In this document: positions 57,284-64,000 of the stretch, piece by piece
Layout: each line of letters opens with the position of its first letter
Position numbering within the stretch: position 1 is the first letter of the stretch
Sequence record: KT895374.1
DNA length: 64,000 nucleotides
Direction: 5' to 3' (one strand)
Position numbers and translations under genes: made by a program
The notes under the pieces: model-generated
Database searches by the model: none
What the model saw: the letters and a program-made list of their open reading frames with translations, nothing else
What the model was told of the DNA's origin: nothing

Positions 57284-57775
57284 TTGTTTATTTACAAGGG
57301 ACGTGGAGAAATGTTTACTATTCAACAAGTATGGTCGGTCGGTAGCTTACTATTTCCTTATGAAAATATGAAAGATGCAAACGAACATTCAAAAGAAGGT
57401 AAATATCATATAGAAAGAAGATATGTTCTTACTCCTCCTGATTTTTATTTATTAGAAACTATAGATCGAAAGGATATAAAATGTATTGTGGCTAAGAATT
57501 TAAAGACAGCTAGAAAATTATTAGAAATGGGGAAACTAACTATGATAGTTCATAAAATTAATAGTATTGAAGAAGAAATTAATAAATTTAAGGAAACTCA
57601 AGAATATCTAGAGAATGAAAATCATCAACAGGATGTTAAGTATATTGAATATGCAATTAAAAAGATTAGAGAATCTGAAATGCAGTATCTACTTATTTTT
57701 AAAACTACTGCAATGCTAACGTATTCAGAAACATTATCAAAAATTCTAGAAGAAAATCAATTAAAGGTAGTTTAA
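57284..57775 (+). CDS. hypothetical protein
   Basis: 163-aa ORF; start may be ATG 57310. Confidence 0.55.
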   Translation: MFIYKGRGEMFTIQQVWSVGSLLFPYENMKDANEHSKEGKYHIERRYVLTPPDFYLLETIDRKDIKCIVAKNLKTARKLLEMGKLTMIVHKINSIEEEINKFKETQEYLENENHQQDVKYIEYAIKKIRESEMQYLLIFKTTAMLTYSETLSKILEENQLKVV

Positions 57776-57982
57776 AAAAGAAGACTATTTCAATTCAAAG
57801 TCAAAAACCCGAAACAAATACACGAATATTATCATGTATTTGTTTCGGTAAAAACATATAAACTATTGAGGATTAATTTATTGTTCTATTAAATTTAATT
57901 ATAAAATGTAAAAGTAATAAAGTTATAAGTATTTAGACTATTAAAAGAAAAACTAAAAACTACTAGGAAGAAGGTTATTATT

Positions 57983-58096
57983 ATGATGGATACTATTTTT
58001 GGCTTTGCTATTGGAATTGCTTTCACATTGGTTTGCTTTCTAACAATTTATGTTTGTAATATATATTCTCAGAGGGGAAATAAAATTGAAAAATAA
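57983..58096 (+). CDS. 37-aa single-TM microprotein (not in ORF track)
   Basis: MMDTIFGFAIGIAFTLVCFLTIYVCNIYSQRGNKIEK; AAGG SD; overlaps the next gene start. Confidence 0.45.
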   Translation: MMDTIFGFAIGIAFTLVCFLTIYVCNIYSQRGNKIEK

Positions 58097-58466
58097 TCAA
58101 ATATATGAAAATGGAATAGAAATACCAGACGATAAAGGTAATAAAGTTTTCAATAGGGTTAGGATTAAATGTAGAAAAGAGGATCTAAAGCTATTAACTG
58201 ATAGATACAGAACAGCAGTAGAAGAATTTTCTCTTGATGAGAATAAGAACTATCAATGGGAAATAAGTGTTATTAAAAGTCCTGCTTTAAGATCTGGTAG
58301 TAGGTTAAGACTTATCAGTGAGGACGGTAATAAGTTATATTATCAAAACGTTTCATATAGTTATGATAATAATTTAAAAAAGCTTAGAATGATAAAATTA
58401 ATCAAATTATTAAAGAGACCTAACAAAAATACGCTATCAGGTCTTTATGGATTCTTCACATTCTGA
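58086..58466 (+). CDS. hypothetical basic protein
   Basis: ORF-track frame 58050-58466; GAGGGG SD favours TTG at 58086. Confidence 0.55.
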   Translation: MKNNQIYENGIEIPDDKGNKVFNRVRIKCRKEDLKLLTDRYRTAVEEFSLDENKNYQWEISVIKSPALRSGSRLRLISEDGNKLYYQNVSYSYDNNLKKLRMIKLIKLLKRPNKNTLSGLYGFFTF

Positions 58467-58623
58467 TATAATTTTTACAAAAAATAATACTATAGCTAAC
58501 AATTAGCTATAGTATTATTTGAAAAATGGGAGAGATTACTTATTAATAAACTTAGTAGATAAATTTTTTTTATCTACTATAATATTATTTTGTTTAGTAC
58601 ATAAGTAATTTTTAATAAAGTTT

Positions 58624-58640
58624 AAATATATATTATAAAA
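58624..58640 (+). promoter_or_regulatory. putative early promoter motif
   Basis: AAATATATATTATAAAA. Confidence 0.55.
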
Positions 58641-58668
58641 AAGAATAATTAAAAAGGAAGGTGTTAAT

Positions 58669-58929
58669 TTGGTAAAACCCACAGGTTATTTGAGTGAATT
58701 TGGCGAACTTCTTTTTCAATCAGATAATGAGAAAACCTACAAAAAGTTAAATCTATTTAAAAGGTTATTTTGTAAACATCCAAAGATTGTAAAAGGGTAT
58801 TGGACTACAGGAGGAGGAATTTCTTCTACTGATTATGACGTAAAATACTGTACAAAATGTGGAAAAATTAAGGATGTAAAATCATTTACTGGTCATAAAA
58901 GAAAAATTATTTTTAATAAATTTAAATAG
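58669..58929 (+). CDS. small basic protein with CxH/CxxC motifs
   Basis: FCKH...YCTKCGK. Confidence 0.55.
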   Translation: MVKPTGYLSEFGELLFQSDNEKTYKKLNLFKRLFCKHPKIVKGYWTTGGGISSTDYDVKYCTKCGKIKDVKSFTGHKRKIIFNKFK

Positions 58930-58945
58930 GAAGAAGGATATTATA

Positions 58946-60976
58946 TTGGAAACTATTCAAGCAACAATTTTTAAATTAAAAAATAAAAAATCTGTTAGTA
59001 ATGAAGAAATGAATGATATTGAATCTATTTTAGAAGATGCTTCAAAAAGTTATTACAATACTTCAGATCTGTTGATGACCGATGATGAATATGATGCTCT
59101 TGCTAGGGAATTTAAACGTCTAGGTGGAGTTCTAAAAGTTGGTGCTGAACCGCCAAAAGATAAAGGTACAATTAATGTTGAACATGATTTTGCAGAATTA
59201 GTAGGAACATTAGATAAAGCGAACCATGTATATATTAAGGATTCTAATGATCCAGCAAAGAAAAGTGTAGAAGAATGGATTAAATGGATTTCAGCTAAAT
59301 TACCTAAAAATAAAAGTTTTTCTTTAGGAATTAGTTTTAAGTTTGATGGTAATTCAATTGTAGTTGAATATAAGGATGGTAAAGTATTAAAGGCTTTAAC
59401 TCGTGGTAGAAACGGTCAAGGAATGGATTTAACTCATGTATTTAAAGATCACACTATTGTAAGTAAAGAAAATGTTGGAATTAAATATGAAGTTGTCATC
59501 TCATGGGAAAATTATAGAAAATTAATTGAAGACACTGGACTCTCATATGCTAATCCGAGATCACTAGTGTCTGGTAAATTAGGTGATGATAATGCTTATC
59601 AATATTATAAGTATATGGAATTAGTACCATTATGGGTAAAACTTAAAGATAAAAATATGGATCGTGAAAAACAAATTGAATTTATTGAAGAAAATTTTGG
59701 AGAAGATAATAGTTTATTAGGCGAATATACAATTGTTGAAGATGTTGAAGGAGAAGACTATGATCATTTCATTCAACATCTAAAAGAATTCTATGATAAT
59801 TACACTAATGAACGTTACAATTTACCACATATGATTGATGGCTTGGTTATTGAGGTAATTGAAGAGGATGTTAGACAAGCTTTAGGTTATGCTGATGATC
59901 AACCAAGATGGGCAATTGCTCTAAAATTTCCATCATTAAAGGCTAAGTCTAGAGTAACTAATTTTGATTTTACACTTGGTCCATCAGGAATTATTACGCC
60001 TAGAGTTTGGTATGAGCCAGTTGATTTTAATGGATCAATTCATACTAAACAGTCACTACAAAACTATAAGAGATTTGCAGAATTAAAATTAGGTATTGGT
60101 AGTGACATTATTGTTTCTTATAGTAATGATGTATTAACCTATATCTCTAAAGATATGGATTCTAATAAAGAAGTAGAACCTTATCCATTTACTAATGAAT
60201 GTCCTGTTTGTAAAGGTGATGTAGTTATTGGTGAATCAGGTGCATTTGCTTATTGTGATAACAATGCATGTGAAGGTAAAGTTGTAGGTCGTGTTCAAAA
60301 TTATTTAACAAAGATGGACATTAAAGGTATTAAAGATTCTACTCTAGAAAAATTAATGCTGTCTGGTCTATTAAATGGTATTACTGATCTATATACGATG
60401 GATTATTCAAAAATTGCAAGTATTGAAGGTCTAGGATTAACTACTGGAATTAATATCAAAACTGCAATTAATTCTAAAGTTCCTTATGATTATGAAATTG
60501 CAGGAGCATTAGGAATTAATAGTTTCTCAATCACTAAATCTAAAGAATTATTTAGACACTTCAGTTTGAAAAATTTAATGGAACGATTATTTGAAGATAG
60601 ACAAAAATTAATTGAAGAAATTAAAGATATTGAAGGCTTTTCAGAAATTACTGCAAGTTATATTACTGATGGTTTAGAAGCTAATGAAGAAGTAGTCTCA
60701 TTTTTATTAAGCAGAGAACATAAAGTATTAGCGGATGAAGTTGTTCAAAGTAATGATGATAAACCACTCAAAATCGTATTCACTAATTTTAGAGATGAAA
60801 TGATGCAATTTGAATTAGAAAAGCGTGGACATAAGATTACTAGTAGTGTATCTGGTAAGACAGACGTAGTAGTTTGTCCTGATGTTAATGGAAATACTGT
60901 CAAAATTAAAACTGCAAAAGCAAAAGGAATTAGAGTCGTAAATGTAGAGGACTTTAAAAAAGAAATGGGATTATAG
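58946..60976 (+). CDS. ligA: NAD-dependent DNA ligase
   Basis: YYNTSDLLMTDDEYD, adenylation KFDG, ALTRGRNG, IDGLV, PRWAIALKF, OB fold, C4 Zn finger CPVC..CDNNAC, HhH, C-terminal BRCT (SSVSGKTDVVV). Confidence 0.95.
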   Translation: METIQATIFKLKNKKSVSNEEMNDIESILEDASKSYYNTSDLLMTDDEYDALAREFKRLGGVLKVGAEPPKDKGTINVEHDFAELVGTLDKANHVYIKDSNDPAKKSVEEWIKWISAKLPKNKSFSLGISFKFDGNSIVVEYKDGKVLKALTRGRNGQGMDLTHVFKDHTIVSKENVGIKYEVVISWENYRKLIEDTGLSYANPRSLVSGKLGDDNAYQYYKYMELVPLWVKLKDKNMDREKQIEFIEENFGEDNSLLGEYTIVEDVEGEDYDHFIQHLKEFYDNYTNERYNLPHMIDGLVIEVIEEDVRQALGYADDQPRWAIALKFPSLKAKSRVTNFDFTLGPSGIITPRVWYEPVDFNGSIHTKQSLQNYKRFAELKLGIGSDIIVSYSNDVLTYISKDMDSNKEVEPYPFTNECPVCKGDVVIGESGAFAYCDNNACEGKVVGRVQNYLTKMDIKGIKDSTLEKLMLSGLLNGITDLYTMDYSKIASIEGLGLTTGINIKTAINSKVPYDYEIAGALGINSFSITKSKELFRHFSLKNLMERLFEDRQKLIEEIKDIEGFSEITASYITDGLEANEEVVSFLLSREHKVLADEVVQSNDDKPLKIVFTNFRDEMMQFELEKRGHKITSSVSGKTDVVVCPDVNGNTVKIKTAKAKGIRVVNVEDFKKEMGL

Positions 60977-60981
60977 AAAGG

Positions 60982-61266
60982 TTGATTAATTTGTTAAGCA
61001 AAAAAGAATATGAAACTCTAAAAAAATTAATAAGAGTTATATATGATGAAACAGTATTTGATAAAGATAATGGAACTTCTATCTCTTTAAATAGCAATAT
61101 TGGTTTTGGTGAAACAATAGAGTTATATAAAGATGATGGAGGATATGTAATGTTAACAAAAGATTTAGATTCAGACCAGCCAGACAAATATTTTTGTACG
61201 AAAAGATTTAAAAGACTAGAAGAAAAATTAGCTTTAACCCTTGTTAAAAGAGAAGCTATTAATTAA
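60982..61266 (+). CDS. hypothetical protein
   Basis: 94 aa, AAAGG SD, TTG start. Confidence 0.55.
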   Translation: MINLLSKKEYETLKKLIRVIYDETVFDKDNGTSISLNSNIGFGETIELYKDDGGYVMLTKDLDSDQPDKYFCTKRFKRLEEKLALTLVKREAIN

Positions 61267-61271
61267 AAAAA

Positions 61272-61313
61272 AAAATAAGAAATGGGGATTTCAAAATTCC
61301 TATTTCTTATTTT
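61272..61313 (+). terminator. intrinsic terminator
   Basis: AAAATAAGAAATGGGGA...TTCCTATTTCTTATTTT. Confidence 0.75.
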
Positions 61314-61332
61314 AAAAAGGAGATATTTATAG

Positions 61333-61815
61333 ATGTTAGAATTATTTCGTAATGTCTTTTTTAATAATGGCTATACTATAACAAAATCAAGTAAAGATAA
61401 TACAATGATTAATTATAAAAATCCAAATAAACGCTATTCTGTAGATTGCTTGTTCACCTATGATTGTATTGTTAATCTATATATAAATATTATGGAAAAA
61501 GAAGTCGTGGTGGTAAAGAACCGTCAGTCTAAAAAATTTATTTTATTTTTTTACAATGAAGAAAATAGATTTCTTTATAATGAAATTAATGAAGATCAAT
61601 TGACTGAGATATTAGACGACTTAGTAAAAAATGATTTTGAGCTTAAGGATTATTCAAAAATTGAAAAAAATGAATCTACACACTTTAATACTTATGTTAA
61701 AATACTAATCAATAATAATGAAGTAAATAATAAAGCGGCAAAGTATTATTTAGATAACAAATATGAAAGTCTTAGTAAAGAAAATATTGCAAAATTAAAA
61801 CTGTTATTAATTTGA
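61333..61815 (+). CDS. paralog family 5 member (ends KENIAKLKLLLI)
   Basis: shared layout and C-tail with the next four ORFs. Confidence 0.7.
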   Translation: MLELFRNVFFNNGYTITKSSKDNTMINYKNPNKRYSVDCLFTYDCIVNLYINIMEKEVVVVKNRQSKKFILFFYNEENRFLYNEINEDQLTEILDDLVKNDFELKDYSKIEKNESTHFNTYVKILINNNEVNNKAAKYYLDNKYESLSKENIAKLKLLLI

Positions 61816-61831
61816 AAGGGGAAATTAATAA

Positions 61832-62332
61832 ATGTTTGATGATATAGTACATGTCTTAAATATGAGAGGATATTTTTTAAATAAAAAATATAGTAGTGAT
61901 AAAAATTACTATTTCTATAATTCAAATGATTATTGTATAAAGGTATCTAAATATACAACTAATGTTATAGTTGGAATTAAATTTTATAACCATTCTCACC
62001 TAATAGAAATCATTCAAGATAAAAATGAAAAATATCATTTTTCTATTAATCAGAATAATGGATCTCTTTTGGATGAATTTAATTTTAATAAAGATTTTTC
62101 AGGAGTTATAAAATTAATAGATGCTATATTAACTAATACTTACAAAGAAAATATTACATCTAAAGAAGAATATGAAAAAAACCTATATAAATTTCGCAAT
62201 ATAGAAATAAAAACTAGAATAGAAAAAAATGATATAAGTGGAAAACAAGCCGAAGAAATGTTAAGTAGTTATCTGCATATTCGAATTATTAATGAGGAAA
62301 ATAAAACTAAATTAAGATTATTAACAATATAG
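61832..62332 (+). CDS. paralog family 5 member (ends EENKTKLRLLTI)
   Basis: shared C-tail. Confidence 0.7.
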   Translation: MFDDIVHVLNMRGYFLNKKYSSDKNYYFYNSNDYCIKVSKYTTNVIVGIKFYNHSHLIEIIQDKNEKYHFSINQNNGSLLDEFNFNKDFSGVIKLIDAILTNTYKENITSKEEYEKNLYKFRNIEIKTRIEKNDISGKQAEEMLSSYLHIRIINEENKTKLRLLTI

Positions 62333-62345
62333 GTGGTTATTTGAC

Positions 62346-62888
62346 ATGACTGATATCTTTCAATCTATTCAAAATCAAATAATAAAAAAAGGATTTACTA
62401 AGAATGAAAATAATTCATATGTAAAAGTAGACTTAGATAGTGCTCAAATTATCTCATTTGAAAAAACAGATATCGGATCAGTAATTAAGATTAATTATCG
62501 TGATGATAAAAAATTTAAGTTAGTAAAAAATTTAGTTATACACATTTATAAAAAAGAAGAAAAAATATCTTACCATATTCATAAATATGATTATAGGAAT
62601 AGTACAATAAAAGAGTATTTTTATCTGAAAAAATCAATTATCGAGTTTCAAAATATGATTTTAAAAATTATTTTAGAAGATGGATTTTTAGATAAAAATA
62701 AGTCCTCTAATAAAAATGAGCCACCTAATGAAGAGATTGAATTTATAAATTTAGAAGTTAAGTTGAAAATAGATAATAATATTTATGACTATGATAATGC
62801 TAAATTTGTTTTAGAAATGTTTGCTGAAGGGGATAATCCCATTCTTAATAAAGAAAATGAAACTAAATTAAGATTGCTAATTATGTAA
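62346..62888 (+). CDS. paralog family 5 member (ends KENETKLRLLIM)
   Basis: shared C-tail. Confidence 0.7.
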   Translation: MTDIFQSIQNQIIKKGFTKNENNSYVKVDLDSAQIISFEKTDIGSVIKINYRDDKKFKLVKNLVIHIYKKEEKISYHIHKYDYRNSTIKEYFYLKKSIIEFQNMILKIILEDGFLDKNKSSNKNEPPNEEIEFINLEVKLKIDNNIYDYDNAKFVLEMFAEGDNPILNKENETKLRLLIM

Positions 62889-62891
62889 AAT

Positions 62892-63446
62892 TTGAGGGTG
62901 ATAAAATTGCAAGATTATATTGTTGAAGTCTTAGAAAATTTAGGCTATCGATTAAGAGTAAATCACTGGGATAAGGGTATTCCAAAAAAATCATACAGGA
63001 AAGGTAAAAGGAGTAAATCAATATTTGTTACTCTAGAAAAATCAACATGTTTTAAAGACATGATCTTGATTCAATATGTTAGAGATAATAGTCAATGTAG
63101 AAAATTTATACATGTTGATGCTTATGAAAAAGATAAAAAATATTATTTTAAAATAAAAATACATGATAGAGAAATGAATAAAGTGCCCACAAAGTATTAC
63201 TTTGATAAATCAATTAATGAAACTATAAGCATATTAACAGATGTTTTAAAAGGTAAACATGAATTAATTTTAGAATCTCATAAAGATGAAAAAAGTGAAA
63301 TCTTTTTAGATAATTTAAAAATAGAATTATATTTGGAGAATAATATTATGAATATTAACAATGCTAAAGTACTTATTAAATATGATGAAAAAAAGAAGAA
63401 TCTATCTGAAGAAAATAGAACTAAATTAAAATTACTAATGGTGTAG
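62892..63446 (+). CDS. paralog family 5 member (ends EENRTKLKLLMV)
   Basis: shared C-tail. Confidence 0.7.
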   Translation: MRVIKLQDYIVEVLENLGYRLRVNHWDKGIPKKSYRKGKRSKSIFVTLEKSTCFKDMILIQYVRDNSQCRKFIHVDAYEKDKKYYFKIKIHDREMNKVPTKYYFDKSINETISILTDVLKGKHELILESHKDEKSEIFLDNLKIELYLENNIMNINNAKVLIKYDEKKKNLSEENRTKLKLLMV

Positions 63447-63460
63447 AGGATGAATTAACC

Positions 63461-63976
63461 TTGTTAAATATAATAGAAAGTTTTTTAAAAGAAAAAGACT
63501 ATGATATACGTTATCTTACAAAAGAGAAAATTTTATTAAAAAAATCGGGTGAAAGAGATACTACTATAGAAAAATCTAAACAGTTTAAGTATTACGATCT
63601 TTTAAGAATAGAAACTATGAATTATGATGGATCCTATTATTATGATATTAATACCATTGAAATCATTAATAGAAATCAAAAATATAATTTTCTTATAAAA
63701 AATTATGAATTTTTTAAAGAAAAATATTTCTTTGATAAATCTTTAGATGATGTATTAATTTCTATTTTAAATGTTATGAAGGATAAACAAGAACTAGATA
63801 AACATATAGGGCATGGTTATAATGATCTAGATGCACGTAAATTTATGAATTTAAAAGTTTCTAATCAAATAGATAAAGAAGGTTTATCAATAGGTCCTTT
63901 AATTATTGATGCCTATCTTAGGGAACCTAAAATTAATGAAGAAAATAAAACCAAGTTAAAAATGTTGATATTATAG
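63461..63976 (+). CDS. paralog family 5 member (ends EENKTKLKMLIL)
   Basis: shared C-tail. Confidence 0.7.
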   Translation: MLNIIESFLKEKDYDIRYLTKEKILLKKSGERDTTIEKSKQFKYYDLLRIETMNYDGSYYYDINTIEIINRNQKYNFLIKNYEFFKEKYFFDKSLDDVLISILNVMKDKQELDKHIGHGYNDLDARKFMNLKVSNQIDKEGLSIGPLIIDAYLREPKINEENKTKLKMLIL

Positions 63977-64000
63977 GGGGATGTTTGAAATGGAGAATTT

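Noticed and set aside
57251-58582. Cluster of long hairpins (57251-57282, ~57805-57850, ~58486-58521, ~58553-58580) as ncRNA or replication origin
   Set aside because: Each sits just after a stop codon or in a short intergenic gap and fits terminator use; no iterons or other support
217-61187. Numerous 60-120-aa antisense or off-frame ORFs in the track (e.g. 1013-1231, 9369-9674, 32443-32754, 40111-40476, 56941-57249)
   Set aside because: They shadow longer, SD-supported genes on the other strand or frame and have the F/L/S/I-rich composition expected from reversed AT-rich codons
1-64000. tRNA, rRNA, integrase/transposase, or nucleus-shell (chimallin) and tubulin genes
   Set aside because: No cloverleaf, rRNA motifs or recognisable signatures seen by eye; absence here says nothing about the rest of the genome

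Overview
Very AT-rich, gene-dense segment of a jumbo bacteriophage of the phiKZ-related, AR9/PBS1-like type. The host is probably a Firmicute (strong GGAGG Shine-Dalgarno usage; LysM/YneA-like, YlaK-like and glucosaminidase genes). Standard code 11 throughout. Recognisable core genes: MoxR AAA+ ATPase with its VWA/metallopeptidase partner, gyrase A, PIN-PhoH, a RecA-like ATPase, NAD-dependent DNA ligase, Nudix and MBL hydrolases, a second large VWA protein, a putative holin cassette, and two split multisubunit RNAP beta C-terminal fragments (one virion-type, one non-virion-type). Five group I introns can be delimited from core motifs and splice-site pairing: one in gyrA, one in the vRNAP gene (with an endonuclease ORF) and three in tandem in the nvRNAP gene. 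The nvRNAP introns leave a 14-nt and a 96-nt exon, and one carries a LAGLIDADG ORF. Two promoter motifs partition the genes: an AACA-N6-T(A/G) late motif before core and virion genes, and an ATATATTAT early motif before accessory arrays. The most unusual feature is about 27 accessory ORFs in several otherwise dissimilar tandem paralog families that all end in a similar amphipathic C-terminal tail (..K-[LM]-x-[ED]-[IL]-stop). Five more ORFs end in a variant tail (EENxTKLxLL). This suggests a shared docking, sorting or degradation tag. No tRNA, rRNA or CRISPR array was recognised. All family assignments are from motif recognition only; no searches were run.
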